This document shows, piece after piece, positions 28,904 through 41,403 of a stretch of 64,000 bases of DNA. The notes beneath the pieces are model-generated. The model made no database searches and had not been told where the DNA came from. It was given only the letters and a program-made list of their open reading frames with translations. Positions within the stretch are counted from its first letter, which is position 1, and every line of letters begins with the position of its first letter. Both the position numbers and the translations under genes were made by a program. Source of the DNA: an uncultured Acidobacteriota bacterium (GTDB lineage Bacteria > Acidobacteriota > Blastocatellia > RBC074). The stretch spans positions 224,001 through 288,000 of the forward strand of contig CAWCKY010000006.1 of the NCBI GenBank assembly GCA_963796275.1, read 5' to 3'.

Positions 28904-31585
28904 TCATTCGCATTTCAGCGCGATCATCGGATCTATCTTCGTCGCCCGCCGAGCAGGCAGAAAACTCGCCAGCAGCGCGACCAGCAACAGGAGCACCGGC
29001 ATTCCGACGAACGTCATCGGATCAACGGCGCTCACGCCGTAAAGCAGATTCGTGACCATCCGCGTCATAATCAACCCGCCTGTGATGCCGATCGTCGTGC
29101 CAGCGGCGACCAGCGTCAGTGTCTGGCTGAGCACCAGCCGAAGCACATCCGACGGGCGGGCGCCGAGCGCCAGGCGGATGCCGAATTCGGATGTGCGCTG
29201 GCTGACCGAGAACGCGAGCACGCCGTAAATACCGACCGACGCCAGGACCAATGCCAGGACGCCAAAAACGGACAACAGCGCAGCGCCCATTTGCGCGCTC
29301 CACAATTCTTCTCCAATCAATTGAGAAATCGTCGCCGACCTCATCAATGGCATCGTGCGATCCAGCGACTGGACTTCGCGCCGCACAGTGGCGAGCAATT
29401 CGCTCGGATCACCCGCCGTGCGCACGTGCAGCGTAACCCAAGATGGAAATTCCTGCAGCAGCGACAGGTACACCACCGGAGGCGGAACTTCGCCGATGTG
29501 TAGCGCCGTGCTGTCTTTGACCACGCCGATGACCTCCTGCGAAACGTCGTTCCCGAAGAACCGGAACCGCTTCCCGAGGGCGTCTTGATTCGGCCAGAAG
29601 CGGTTCGCCATCGCCTCGTTGATGACGACGACCGGCGGTGCTTTCTCGCGATCGGCTGTCGTAAAATTGCGGCCGCGCACTAGGGGAATACCCATCGTCT
29701 CGAAATACTTCGGGTCGACTATGCCATGGATCGTCAGAATGCCACGCCCGCCGCCCGACGGCTCCTGCCCCTCGACGAACACGGTGCGCACAAATCCCAA
29801 GGCAAAAGGGCGGGCCGAAGCAATCGCCGCCGAAATCACGCCCGGAATCTCCTCGACCTTCTCGACCACGCCGCGGTAATGCTCCATCCCACGTGCCTTG
29901 TCGTATCCCTGCACGCCCACGTCAAACGAAAGCACCAACAGCTTTTCAGTTTCAATGCCAGGATTAATCCGCCGCGCATTGCTGAGGCTGTGCAGAAACA
30001 ACCCCGCGCAGATCAGCGCGACGAGCGAGAGCGCCACCTGCCCGACGACAAGCAGATTACGCAGACTAAACCAGCGTTGACCACCTACCGCCTGGCCGCC
30101 CTTTTCCTTCAATTCAGTGATGAGTTCGACGCGTGACCCCTGAAGCGCGGGCGCAAGACCGAAGATGACCCCCGTCAGCAGCGAGAGGAGCAGCGTGTAG
30201 CCGAGCACGCGCGGATCAATGCTCAGATTGAGATCGCCGGCACCGATCCAAGGCGGCCTGAACGCCCACAACAGATCGCGGCCGGCAACCGCCAGCAACA
30301 ACCCGACGCCGCTGCCGGCCAGCGCCAACATCAAACTCTCCGTCAGCAGTTGCCGGATCAGCCTCGCGCGACTTGCGCCGATCGCGATTCGCAGGGATAT
30401 CTCTTTTCTTCGCGCCGCCGCCCGGGCGAGCAGCAGGTTCGCAACATTGGCGCAAGCAATCAACAGCACCAGACCGACAACTGCAAACAAGAACCCGCTC
30501 ACTCTCAGGTATACTGATCGCTGCTGCGGCGGAGACTGATTCAAGGGGATCAGCGTGACGTTGCGCTTATCATTGTCCTTCGGATAGTCCTGTTCGAGCC
30601 GGCGGCCAATGGCCCGCATAGCGGTTTCGGCTTGTTGCTCTGTGACGCCGGATTTGAGACGGCCAATTACGGCGAGAGTCAGTGCTCGCCGGCTGTTGAA
30701 CCCCTCCCGGTAAACTCCGTCGAGAACTTGATCGTGCATCATCATGGGCACCCAGTAATCCACTCCGCCGATCACATCCGTTCCTTTGAATCCATCCGCC
30801 GCGACGCCCACTACGGTGTATTCAAGCCCATTGAGTTTGATCGCCCGACCGACAATCGCCGGATCGCCGCCAAAGCGGCGCTGCCACGCGCCGTAACTGA
30901 GCACGATGACCGGATGCGTCCCCGGCGTACGGTCTTCTTCCGGCAGAAACGTGCGCCCGATCGCGGCCTTGACGCCGAGCAGATCGAAATAGTTTCCCGT
31001 GACGATCATCCCGTAGATCCACTGTGGTTCGCCACCGCCCGAGAAATTCAAGCTTGCGTACTGAAAGGCGATCATTCCCGTAAAGACATCGTTCTGATCA
31101 CGGTAGTCTTTGAAGTTCGGCCATGAGATCGTACTGAAGTCGATCTGGGAGTTCTTTTCATCCATGCCGAAGACCGACATCAGCCGCGCCGGGTCCGCCA
31201 CCGGAAGCGGCTGCAAAAAAAGCGCATTGAAGAGCGTGAAAATCGCCGTATTCGCGCCGATACCCAACGCCAGCGTCAGGACGACAATCAAGGTGAAGTC
31301 TGGTTTCTTCCATAACATTCGGAGGCCAAACCTCACATCCTGAATAAGAGTCTCGATGAATCTTATTCCACGCATCTCGCGATGCGCCTCCTTGAGCAGT
31401 GTAGCATTGCCAAACTGGCGCCGGGCGGCTGAAGCCGCCTCATCTTGCGTCATACCCTGTCTTACATATTGCTCGATTAGTAATTCGAGGTGAGACTGTA
31501 TCTCATCATCGAACTCCCGATCGATTTTTCGATCTCCGAATAATCCCTGAAGTCTCGCCCAGAGGGCGCGCAAATGATGGATCAT
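28904..31585 (-). CDS. ADOP family ABC permease with N-terminal permease-prefix domain
   Basis: DEIQSHLE..GMTQDEA..AARRQFGN prefix, CANVANLLLAR, RTSEFGIRLALGA, PARRATKIDP. Confidence 0.93.
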   Translation of the reverse strand: MIHHLRALWARLQGLFGDRKIDREFDDEIQSHLELLIEQYVRQGMTQDEAASAARRQFGNATLLKEAHREMRGIRFIETLIQDVRFGLRMLWKKPDFTLIVVLTLALGIGANTAIFTLFNALFLQPLPVADPARLMSVFGMDEKNSQIDFSTISWPNFKDYRDQNDVFTGMIAFQYASLNFSGGGEPQWIYGMIVTGNYFDLLGVKAAIGRTFLPEEDRTPGTHPVIVLSYGAWQRRFGGDPAIVGRAIKLNGLEYTVVGVAADGFKGTDVIGGVDYWVPMMMHDQVLDGVYREGFNSRRALTLAVIGRLKSGVTEQQAETAMRAIGRRLEQDYPKDNDKRNVTLIPLNQSPPQQRSVYLRVSGFLFAVVGLVLLIACANVANLLLARAAARRKEISLRIAIGASRARLIRQLLTESLMLALAGSGVGLLLAVAGRDLLWAFRPPWIGAGDLNLSIDPRVLGYTLLLSLLTGVIFGLAPALQGSRVELITELKEKGGQAVGGQRWFSLRNLLVVGQVALSLVALICAGLFLHSLSNARRINPGIETEKLLVLSFDVGVQGYDKARGMEHYRGVVEKVEEIPGVISAAIASARPFALGFVRTVFVEGQEPSGGGRGILTIHGIVDPKYFETMGIPLVRGRNFTTADREKAPPVVVINEAMANRFWPNQDALGKRFRFFGNDVSQEVIGVVKDSTALHIGEVPPPVVYLSLLQEFPSWVTLHVRTAGDPSELLATVRREVQSLDRTMPLMRSATISQLIGEELWSAQMGAALLSVFGVLALVLASVGIYGVLAFSVSQRTSEFGIRLALGARPSDVLRLVLSQTLTLVAAGTTIGITGGLIMTRMVTNLLYGVSAVDPMTFVGMPVLLLLVALLASFLPARRATKIDPMIALKCE

Positions 31586-31937
31586 CTATACTCCTCGCCT
31601 TCCAGCCTCAACAGGCGCAATGATCACTTCGGCGATCCGCTCCCGATTCTCCGTCTCTATCGCGAGATGTTTTCGGCCGCTCTCTATGGTGATCGAATAG
31701 AATTTCGCCTTGCGATTGTTTACGACGTCCACCGGTCTGAAGCGATCAATCCCCGAGCCGCAAGAGCGAAATGCAAACCGTTCCTTCATTCAATTGCATT
31801 CAATTGCACAACCTGCTCGCTCCACTGTCCGATCCGACGGCCGTACTGCGCCCCTAGCGCATCGAGGACTTTCAGCACCATCAGGTCGAGCGTACATTGG
31901 AGGACTTCCGATTTCTCGGTATTTTCCCTTTGGACAT
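31586..31937 (-). pseudogene. Degraded acidobacterial PadR-family regulator
   Basis: Fragments EVLQCTLDLMVLKVL, RRIGQWSEQVVQLN and NNRKAKFYSIT..GRKHLAIETEN lie in different frames, directly upstream of the ADOP gene, which is the usual PadR position. Confidence 0.8.
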
Positions 31938-32577
31938 GCAAGGGAAGATACCCTTCCCTCATTGGAATGTCCATAGGTGGATGGCGGAAGGCTGTCACTC
32001 AATCAGGCAAATCGGGATCCGGTTCAAAAGAAAATCACCTACATCATGCCGCTCATGACGCCCACTCTCGATCGCGAGAGCTCTTGCGCGCCGGCTTACC
32101 ATGCGCGAAGAAAAGAATTAATCTGAAAGATTTCCAGTAAATCAATCACTCAATATTCAGATGGCTATCAGAAGCACGACTGGCCAGGGCGAGACCATCA
32201 CGGAGAGGATGCAAGGTCTTCAGCAGCATTTTCTCGCGAACTGACGTTGCTTTCAGGCGATGTGGTCTTGGAGAGCAAGTCGACAAGAAAGCCTTCCGGT
32301 TGTTGAATTTTTGTCCGCTACGAGACTTCTCTTCGGAGGTACTTCCTTGATGCCTGTGCCGTTTGCGGCGAGCGTGCCTAAGAAGTCTCCTTGCTTTAAC
32401 TTGGAGTATTTACCTACAGCGCGTCCTCACGCTCAGATAGTTTTCCGTAGAGATTCAGGCCTCGCGGGAAAAACCTTCATGGTTATTAACATCCGAATCC
32501 GTTTTCTCTTCATATTGAAGAGACACCAAAAACCACACATTGTGCATTAGATTTCGTCTGCACAAAGGAGAGTGATC

Positions 32578-34876
32578 ATGATATCTATCCGATCAAAATA
32601 CTTTGTCCGAATCCTGATAACCCAAGTATTGTCGATATTTGTCTTAAGCGGATTGTTGCAATCCGAGTCCGTGGCCCAGTCGGTGTCGTTCAATGCGCGC
32701 CGAGACTTAGTCCCTGGTGGATCAGGAGTTGTAGTCGCAGATATGAATAATGACGGCAAAGCCGACGTAATCATGGCTGATGGGAGCAGCACTGCCGCTA
32801 TTTCAGTATTGCTTGGCAGAGGGGACGGAACATTTCAACCGGCGATAAGAACAAATTTTGCCTCAGGCCAGTCTCCATTTTTACTCGCGATCGCCGATAT
32901 CAATGTCGATGGTAAGCCGGACTTGGTGGCACTGACCCAGTTTAGTAGTACAGGCTTATTGTTGCTTGGCAGAGGGGATGGCACTTTTCAATTGCCGATC
33001 AATGTTCCCGTTGACTTCCAGCCCGCCGGGATTGACGTAGGCGATTTCAATGGTGATGGAAAACCAGACCTGGCGGTCACTTCTACCGGCTTTCCGGGCG
33101 GATCAGTTTCCCTGTCCTTGGGCAATGGCGATGGAACGTTCAGTCCACGTCAGAGTTTCCCAGTGGGCAACAGCCCAGGGTCTATCGATCTGGGTGATCT
33201 CAACGGTGATGGAAAGCTAGACGTGGCAGTAGCGAACGTGAATTCTAATAGCGTGTCTGTCTTGCTGGGAATGGGCAATGGGATTTTGCTGCCGGAAATT
33301 AATAGTGCCGTGGATGGCAGTCCGAGATCGCTAACGATTACCGATTTCGATGGTGACCTCAACCCTGATCTGGCCGTCGTGATTTCGAACTTGGACGAGA
33401 TTTCGATTTTGGCTGGGAATGGCGACGGAACCTTCCAATTTCCGCTAAACGTTGCCGTCAGCCTAAATCCCGTCTTCGTAAAGGCGGCCGACTTTAACGG
33501 GGATCAGATTCCGGGATCTTGTCGTTGCCCACTCCTCCCAATTCAGCGGCGCGGGGAGTATGTCGATTTTGGTCGGTATCGGCGACGGAAGCTTTCAAAC
33601 CCCAGCCAACCATGCCTTAAGCGGGAGTCCGACGATGCTGGAGGTGGGCGACTTTAACGATGATGGATTCCGGGACGTGGTTGTACCCCAGCCTTCGAAT
33701 TTCTCGAGCGTCAGCATACTCTCCGAATTTTTTGGGAAGGGTGATGGCACATTCCAATCAGCGGCGAAAATTAACATTAACTCGCCGACCTCCGTGGCTG
33801 TTGCCGATTTTGATAGAGATGGAATCCTTGACCTTGTTGTTGACGGCGGCAACTTCGGCCTACATGTGTTATCGATACTTATTGGAACTGGTATGGGAAC
33901 TTTCCGTGCGGGAACAAGCATTACACTTAATTTAAGCTCAAGCGCCTTACCACCGGTTGTCGGCGACGTTAACAACGATTTTATCCCAGACTTGGTCGTC
34001 CCAAGCTCATCAGTTATTGCAGTCCTGCTAGGAAATGGCGACGGAACTTTTTCGACGCCACAGATATTGAATACCAACATCAGCCCTTCTTCTCTGGCCG
34101 TCGCAGACTTAGATTCAGATGGCAATCTGGACTTTATGGTTGGAGGGTCCAGTTTCAACCCAGGCATGATAATGGTCTTCTTAGGCAATGGGAACGGAAC
34201 TTTCCAAGCGCCTAATAGCTTTACGACCGCTACCCCGATTTCTGCCTTCACCACAGGTGAACTCAATGGCGATGGCCGGCCAGACTTGGTAACCGTGAAT
34301 CCCAATAATAATAGCGTCAGCGTGTTTCTCGGCAACGGGAATGGCACATTCTCGCAGATGAGTGACATTCCCGTCGGCAGAAACCCGCTGGCCGTAGCTG
34401 TGGGCGACCTCAATGGCGACGGATTCGCCGACATCATGACGGCCAACTCAGCTTCGAGTAACGTCTCGATCTTGGTGGGTAACGGTAGCGGCGGCTTCCA
34501 GGCTGCATTCAATTTTGCAGTTGGCGGAAATCCGTCATCTCTGACGCTCGGAGACTTCAACTTTGATAAGCGTGTTGATGTGGCGGTGACCAACACTGGA
34601 TCGAACACAGTTTCTGTTCTGCTGAATGCCGGTAGTGCGTTTTTAGCTATAGCTGATGAGATTGAGCCATCTATCGTGGTACGTACCTCACCCCCGGCAC
34701 ACTTTGGCGTTGGCACAAATCCTGCTTGTCTGGTTGGAGGCGACTTCAACGGCGATCATCTTCTCGACCTGGTCACCGTTGATCGCGGATCGAATGGTCT
34801 CTCGGTGCTAATCAATAACACAAGGATTGCTCTCAACAGCATTTCTTCCAATGCTGAAAGCAATCCCGTTCGTTGA
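32578..34876 (+). CDS. Secreted FG-GAP/VCBS repeat protein, split by a +1 frameshift at ~33514
   Basis: Signal peptide and many D(F/L)NGDG.PDL and LGNGDGTF repeats in both ORFs. DQIP-DLV is restored by removing one G from GGG at 33513-33515. Confidence 0.85.
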
Positions 34877-35365
34877 GTTCCCATTTACTGTTCCGGGGAC
34901 CAAATATCTCTGGGATTGTTATCAAGCGTTGTCAAAACAGAGTGCACACGAAGAGGCTCATAATGCTGACGTGCGACAACGGCCCATTTCGGGTACAGCT
35001 TAGATACGTGTTTATGCGACATAAGGCATAATTGCGAATCTCGGCTGTACCCGATTCACGGAGAAGAGGAACTTGCGGCAGAGGTTATCTGCCATCCGCT
35101 TGGCAAACAAAATCAAAAAAGGGCAATTCGACACGACGGGGGATCACTGAGGGGCTATGATCCTGCAGGTATGGGAAGCAGTGCTTGCCGCGTAAAGGAG
35201 AAGTTGAAAATAGGCTCAATCTGCCTTCTCACGAAAAATTGCACCAGGACCGTCCGCCTTCCCAGGTTTGTTACAAATTTGAGAGATACTTTTGAGGATT
35301 AAGATGCGAGCGCTTCTACAGCTCAGTCATTGGAATCTCGCAATTGATATTCTGTATAACCGACG

Positions 35366-36427
35366 CTACTTCTTTGTAGGTATCACGATAGTCAGACGGA
35401 AGAACAGCGTGTCTCCTTGCGTGGCGACGCGATTCCCGGTTTCGAAAATGTACCTGAATGTCGCAAATACCGGCGTCTTCTCGCTGATCGGCAATATAGT
35501 GTTGAATTCCGGACCGAACCCCAGATATCTGTTTTTGCCGCGGAAAGCAGGCAAGTCGCTGGGAATCCTGTCCTCAGTTATTTTCCACTGGGTGTAATAA
35601 GCCACGCCGCCGTTTATCAAACCATCCTTAAACCCCACGCCGGCCCCACCCTGAAGCTGTAAGCTGTCGCCGACCTTCTGTTGTGAGCCTCTTTTACCTG
35701 ACTCAACGTAGTACTGGACCAGAGTCGCCAGATTGATTATTTTCTTTTCGCTCGGATATAAGGTAAAACCGCCGCTGAATTCGTTGGACCACTGCCCGAG
35801 CCCGGTGTTATTAAAGGAGTTGGGGTTGAAACGCCCCGTCGGCATATAGAGAGCGTAGCCCGCCACCAAATCAGCATGTTTGTAATGCCAGCCGAGTTGG
35901 ATCGGTTGAATGTACATATCGGAGGTGCCCCAATTGGTCGAGGCATTCAGTCTCGGGAAATCTATGGCTGTGCTAGCTAATGGGAGATACCACGAGGCGG
36001 AATAATTCCCTCCGAGTATCTTCAGTTCAGAAACGTAAGTATACCCAAAGGCAGGTACCATTTGGTTGACACTGCCTAGCCCTCTGTCACCGATCTGCGT
36101 ACCATTGCTGGTCACTAGTGTGTCGTAATTGTAGTTCCAAAGCAGGAATGTGACGTAATGACCGGGAGCAGGTTGGGTGCCTGAGTTAAGCCCAAGCCAT
36201 CCCTTATTGGTAGTTGGAATCTGCTGGCCGTCGGCCCTCATCGGCGAGAGTGCGACAATGGTGATCACAAGTAGCATAACCAGGGTGAACGAGAATGCAA
36301 TCCGTACGCGGGCCGGAGTGAGGGTCGCATGGCCAAGGCCACTCAACCATCTCCGAGAACGCATGTGGTATGCACAACTCTCATCCAACATAGAAAGCCA
36401 CAAAATCTTGGTCCGAATGGGGTTCAT
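35366..36427 (-). CDS. SphA/MetA-pathway-of-phenol-degradation family outer membrane transporter
   Basis: GTQPAPG, DMYIQPIQLGWH, YMPTGRF, NTGLGQW; beta-strand pattern; SD GGAGG before ATG 36427. Confidence 0.75.
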   Translation of the reverse strand: MNPIRTKILWLSMLDESCAYHMRSRRWLSGLGHATLTPARVRIAFSFTLVMLLVITIVALSPMRADGQQIPTTNKGWLGLNSGTQPAPGHYVTFLLWNYNYDTLVTSNGTQIGDRGLGSVNQMVPAFGYTYVSELKILGGNYSASWYLPLASTAIDFPRLNASTNWGTSDMYIQPIQLGWHYKHADLVAGYALYMPTGRFNPNSFNNTGLGQWSNEFSGGFTLYPSEKKIINLATLVQYYVESGKRGSQQKVGDSLQLQGGAGVGFKDGLINGGVAYYTQWKITEDRIPSDLPAFRGKNRYLGFGPEFNTILPISEKTPVFATFRYIFETGNRVATQGDTLFFRLTIVIPTKK

Positions 36428-36550
36428 CCTTCCTCCTTGAAGAGAAGTCTTTACCATCGATACATCGCAAATGATGTTCGACTTTTTTTATAACGGCAGA
36501 CGGCTAACGCGGAGACAGTGCTCCCTATCCACCTGCCTTCCTAGAACTCT

Positions 36551-36565
36551 GCAATATCCACGCCA
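36551..36565 (-). promoter_or_regulatory. Putative sigma54 promoter of the outer membrane transporter
   Basis: Minus strand TGGCGTGGATATTGC(A), GG-N10-GC. Confidence 0.6.
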
Positions 36566-37585
36566 TAGGACACCGTCCTCGAGCGTGTTCAGATAACACA
36601 CTGAGTGATTTGAGTTTAATCATGAATTGGGCCAGTGGTGAGAGTGCAGAAGTGAGAGGGATGATAATGACTATTCCTGAATCGCGAGATATATCAAAGA
36701 AACTTTGATATGCCTCAGATGAACTCGCAGAAGTATCGGAAGCGCCGGTCTCCCTGGGTCCCTTCGAATCTATATAAATATCTACGTTTTTAGAGATAGC
36801 TTAGCCATCCGTCCCTTGCTTCATTCCGATGCCAGTAAAGCGCCGAAGCAAAAATACAATTACTTGCACATAATCTTCCGCGTGTTCGTTCCGTAGTGCG
36901 ATTCCTGAATTTTTACGATCGTTACGCCGCTATCCGCGGCCTCTTGAGAGATGGTGGTTTTCAACAATTAATTCCTGGCGTAGCCAACCATCGTCATCAT
37001 CGTGGGGTTGCATCCTACCGATTCCGAGGGGTTGTGAATCTACCTCAGCCTGATATTTAAGAGGATAAAGTCGAAAGAATCGCGCGCACGTCCCTTCGTT
37101 ATTTTGTTCAGTAGGTGTTGTTTTGACGTGTCCTGAGTACTGTCAGTTTTGACGATATACTGATCAAAATTTGACAGGGGTTGAAATGGCAGGTGTCGCA
37201 AAAATGCCTAAATCAGCCAATGCAAGATTGGGTGTATCCTCACTCGGTTGACTGAGTTTGCCTAAAAGATTAGAATTTTATCTCCCTATTAATATCCCAG
37301 CAGATTTCGACATTGACCTCCGACCTTTACGTTGGATATCGCGGTCACTCTTGAAGACAGGAGGACCTGCTTTTGGATTGATTTATTGCATACTCGAATG
37401 GAAGGCTCCCATTACCACCCAAATGGAAGGATTTCCCCATCACCATTTCACGATTCGGCAGAACTAGCCACCTTTATAGGTCTTATGGAATTCTTCGCAT
37501 ACAGTGAGCTAAGCAGTGAGCTGATCTACAAGTACATATTGGTGGCTCTACTTGTGCTAAATCTCAAAGTTTTTGGTTTAGTGGA

Positions 37586-40309
37586 ATGCCCAGAAAACAA
37601 GGAAGCAGATTTTCGCGGGTGCTGAGGTGCGGGCTAGTTGCTCTTGTTGTTTCCCTCGCCAGATGCCTGTTCGACTCTGACACGGCTGTCGGTTCCGAAC
37701 CCCATAAATCGGTACTGATAATTTATACAGATGAAAAGTTCATGCCCGGGAATGTCATTTTCGATCAAAGTCTACGCGCGGCGTTCAAATCGCTTTCATC
37801 AAACCCCATCGCTTTCTACACTGAATACCTGGAATTGACCCGCTTTGCTGATGAGGCTTCTCGCCAAGAGTTGTACAAATTCTATCGGCTGAATTACTCA
37901 CACCGGACGTTCGATTTGATTATCACTACCGGGCCCGGCCCTCTCGTTAACACGATTGATTTCGCCAGGGAAGTCTTCTCCGGCGTTCCGCTCATTTTCT
38001 GTCAAGATGATCGGTCTGCTCTCAAAAACAAAACCCTTGGACCGGGCATCACTGGCATCTTTCTGAAAATCGAATATCTGAAGACCCTGGAACTCGCCCT
38101 CAACCTGCACCCGGATACACGGCGAGTGGCAGTCATCGCCGGCATGTCCGAAAAGGATAAATATTTTCTTGAGCAGACGCGAGAGGAGTTTCGAAAATAT
38201 GAGGGAAAGATTGAATTCAAATATCTGACTGATCTCTCTATCGAAGAATTACAACAGGAAGTATCTCATCTGCCCGAACATACGGTCATTTTCTATGTGA
38301 CGATATTTCAGGATCGCGCCGGTGGGAATTTTGTACCGGCCGATGCCTTGTCTCCGATCGCCCAGTCGGCGAATGCCCCTATCTATGGCATCGCCGAGCC
38401 ATACCTTGAGCGGGGCATTGTCGGCGGCTATTTGCACAATTACGAGGCGCAGGGGAGGATGGCCGCGGAATATGGGATACGCATTCTGGGCGGAGAGAAT
38501 CCGTCGACTCTGCCAATTATCGACACAGGCACGAATTTCTATATGTTCAACTCGCGCCAACTGCGGCGTTGGGAGATCAGTGAGCACAAATTGCCGCCAG
38601 GAAGCATTATCCGGGATAAAGAGGTTTCTGTCTGGGAGCATTATCAGGGGTACATTTTCGGCGCCATCTCCTTGATCATCCTCCAAACCTTGCTCATCGG
38701 GGGGCTTCTCATTCAAAGGGGCAGGCGGCGCGGGGCAGAGCGACAGCGCGATGAAGGCTTGCGCTTCCAGACGCTGTTGTCGGAACTTTCAGCCGCCTTT
38801 GTAAATTTACCACCTCGTGAAGTTGATCGTGAGCTTGAAAAGTGGTTACAACGCCTGGTCGAATTTCTTGGGGCTGATCAAAGCTCCATCATGGAGTTCT
38901 CACGCGATAGGACAAAACTCTATTTCACTCGCTCCTACGAGGCGCCCGAGTTTCAATCTATTCATGGGAAAATTTCGGCTGATCAATTTCACTGGTATAA
39001 AAGACAGCTTCGCAGCGGGAAGGCGCTAGTCTTATCAACCCTGCCACATGATCTGCCGGAGGAGGCGAATGCTGAGAAACAGTATTTTCTCCAGATCGGG
39101 GCAAAATCTCATCTGGCCATCCCGCTCTCGATCGGTGGATCGAGTATTGGAGCCCTGACGTTCAGTATGGTTCGCTCCTACCGAACCTGGCCCGGTGAAT
39201 TCGTGCAACAGAGCTATCTCATTGGCGAAATCTTCGCCAACGCGATATCCCGTAAGAGGTCGGATGATTCGCTTAGATCGTCACTCAATGAAATCGGGGA
39301 GCTAAGAGATCGCATACAAGCGGCCAACGTTTTCCTGCAGGATGAAATTACACTCGTCCATGGCTTCAGTGAGATTCTCGGGAACAGCGATTCACTTAAA
39401 TATGTGCTCAACAAGATCATGCAGGTCGCTCCGACTGACACCACAGTCCTTCTGCTCGGTGAAACCGGGACTGGGAAAGACCTGGCCGCCAGCGCCATTC
39501 ACGACCACAGCGCGCGAAAAGACAGCCCGCTGGTCACGGTCAACTGCTCGTCGCTGCCGGCTACCCTGATTGAGAGCGAGTTGTTCGGCCACGAGAAGGG
39601 CGCCTTTACCGGCGCCCAGGCGCGCAAAATCGGTCGTTTTGAGTTAGCGAATGGGGGTACCATATTTCTGGATGAGATCGGCGAGATGCCGCTGGAACTT
39701 CAGCCCAAGCTGCTGCGAGTGCTTCAGGACGGGACGTTCGATCGATTGGGAGGATCACATACGATCGAGGTCGATGTCAGGGTTATCGCCGCGACCAATC
39801 GGGATCTGAAAATGGCAGTCGAGAAAGCTCTCTTCCGTGAAGACCTATGGTACAGGCTCAATGTTTTTCCCATCACTCTGCCGCCGCTTCGGGAACGGAA
39901 AGAGGACATTCCATTGCTGATAAGTTATTTCGTGGGCAAATTTAGTACGAAAATGGGTCGCAGCATCGAGAGCGTGGCACCGACCGCAATGAATGATTTG
40001 CAAAATTATCCCTGGCCCGGCAACGTCCGTGAATTGTCCAACGTGATCGAACGGGCGGTGATTAATTCTCCGGGGGCGGTGCTCGTTCTGGCGGACAAAC
40101 TTGACGTACCTCATGAAAATAATTCTCAACCCGGAGAAACAAGGAGTCTCGAAGAGATGGAAAGAGAATTCATTATTAAGAGGCTGGAGCAGACCAATTG
40201 GAAGATCGATGGAGTAGGTGGAGCGGCTGAATCTCTTAGAATTAATTCAAGCACTCTTCGTAACCGCATGAAAAAACTCGGCATTCAAAGATCTACCTCC
40301 CACAATTGA
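37586..40309 (+). CDS. Membrane-anchored sigma54 enhancer-binding protein (extracytoplasmic sensor-TM-GAF-AAA+-HTH)
   Basis: N-terminal signal/TM, substrate-binding-like domain, TM, GAF-like region, [36 protein letters not shown] and a Fis-type HTH. Confidence 0.92.
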   Translation: MPRKQGSRFSRVLRCGLVALVVSLARCLFDSDTAVGSEPHKSVLIIYTDEKFMPGNVIFDQSLRAAFKSLSSNPIAFYTEYLELTRFADEASRQELYKFYRLNYSHRTFDLIITTGPGPLVNTIDFAREVFSGVPLIFCQDDRSALKNKTLGPGITGIFLKIEYLKTLELALNLHPDTRRVAVIAGMSEKDKYFLEQTREEFRKYEGKIEFKYLTDLSIEELQQEVSHLPEHTVIFYVTIFQDRAGGNFVPADALSPIAQSANAPIYGIAEPYLERGIVGGYLHNYEAQGRMAAEYGIRILGGENPSTLPIIDTGTNFYMFNSRQLRRWEISEHKLPPGSIIRDKEVSVWEHYQGYIFGAISLIILQTLLIGGLLIQRGRRRGAERQRDEGLRFQTLLSELSAAFVNLPPREVDRELEKWLQRLVEFLGADQSSIMEFSRDRTKLYFTRSYEAPEFQSIHGKISADQFHWYKRQLRSGKALVLSTLPHDLPEEANAEKQYFLQIGAKSHLAIPLSIGGSSIGALTFSMVRSYRTWPGEFVQQSYLIGEIFANAISRKRSDDSLRSSLNEIGELRDRIQAANVFLQDEITLVHGFSEILGNSDSLKYVLNKIMQVAPTDTTVLLLGETGTGKDLAASAIHDHSARKDSPLVTVNCSSLPATLIESELFGHEKGAFTGAQARKIGRFELANGGTIFLDEIGEMPLELQPKLLRVLQDGTFDRLGGSHTIEVDVRVIAATNRDLKMAVEKALFREDLWYRLNVFPITLPPLRERKEDIPLLISYFVGKFSTKMGRSIESVAPTAMNDLQNYPWPGNVRELSNVIERAVINSPGAVLVLADKLDVPHENNSQPGETRSLEEMEREFIIKRLEQTNWKIDGVGGAAESLRINSSTLRNRMKKLGIQRSTSHN

Positions 40310-40561
40310 GCTTGCCGTCCTGGCATATGCTCAACCCGCGGATGAATGCGATATAGGATTCAGGCATGGATTGATGTCGCTATATTTCAGGGCTCCGGGG
40401 AAATTACGCAGCTTTTCAAAATTGTCGTGGGTTGCGCCGATACCCTCGCACCGTTATCTGCGCGACTCGGAAGATATAAGTATGGGCAAGACCCGTGTGC
40501 CTGCATGGTTTTGCGCCACCACTGCTCCGGGACAATCCGCGAGTCTGCCCATACGCTGAAT

Positions 40562-40576
40562 GGGCACGAGACTTGC
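40562..40576 (+). promoter_or_regulatory. Putative sigma54 promoter
   Basis: GGGCACGAGACTTGC, GG-N10-GC, ~70 nt upstream of 40648. Confidence 0.65.
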
Positions 40577-40647
40577 CATCTTTCCCTTCACCCATTTACT
40601 AAAAAGAAAATCGTAGAATGACTTTGCTCTCCGGTTAGGAGAATGGC

Positions 40648-41403
40648 TTGTTGATTTGGGCTAAACAGCTTGCTGGGGTAATTGCATTATTGACTGGGTT
40701 AGGTCTTGTGGGTGCTGTCGCCAGGGCGCAGTCTAATGAAGTTTCGCTGCGCCCTGGCCGCGTGCTCCCGTCAGGCATCCTATTAGATCGTATCTCACCT
40801 AAGGATTTCAGGCGGTGGGATGCGATCGAACGCATAGTCTTTGCCGAAGATATTATGGGCTTCCCCTCACACCCGAGGCTTCGATCTTTGTGGGAGCAGA
40901 TCGACCGGAGCGGCCACGTCGTCTATATCGAGTTGTATCGCAAGAGACGCGCATCCTCAAATTTGGGCGGCGCTTTTCGTATTGAGGTATTCGACCCGAT
41001 CGGCAAAAGGCACGTGGCCGTCATTCGACTCTACATCGCTACAATTGATTTGGTAAGCGTCGAGCTGGCAGCCGCGCGCCCCAACGGGTTTATTCCTTTT
41101 CAGGGACTGACCAAGGAAGAGCGGTACGCCGAAGTGCTCGGGCATGAACTGGCGCACGCCGTTCACATTTTGAGCGACCTGACACGCGCACGAATGGTTG
41201 AAGAGATGATCGAGCAGACCTACGTGGATTTCCTCTCGCACGTCAGACGATACGGACATGCGAATCTCAAACCGGAGATGCTGCGGCGAATCGTAAGACG
41301 AGACCATTTTCTGAGCGAGCTGGAGGAACACGCGGAAACGATCGAGATGATGATCTGGAGCGAACTAGTGTCCAGACGAAATGGGAAGCACGGCGACAAC
41401 TAG
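40648..41403 (+). CDS. Secreted hypothetical protein with HExxH motif (possible zinc metallopeptidase)
   Basis: Signal peptide ending ARA-Q; VLGHELAHAVH with a downstream ELEEHAE; SD AGGAG before the TTG start. Confidence 0.65.
   Translation: MLIWAKQLAGVIALLTGLGLVGAVARAQSNEVSLRPGRVLPSGILLDRISPKDFRRWDAIERIVFAEDIMGFPSHPRLRSLWEQIDRSGHVVYIELYRKRRASSNLGGAFRIEVFDPIGKRHVAVIRLYIATIDLVSVELAAARPNGFIPFQGLTKEERYAEVLGHELAHAVHILSDLTRARMVEEMIEQTYVDFLSHVRRYGHANLKPEMLRRIVRRDHFLSELEEHAETIEMMIWSELVSRRNGKHGDN

Noticed and set aside
27292-29503. Long plus-strand ORFs (270 aa and 238 aa)
   Set aside because: Antisense shadows of the GC-rich ADOP genes.
33595-34749. 384-aa minus-strand ORF
   Set aside because: Antisense shadow of the repetitive FG-GAP gene, with no independent motifs.
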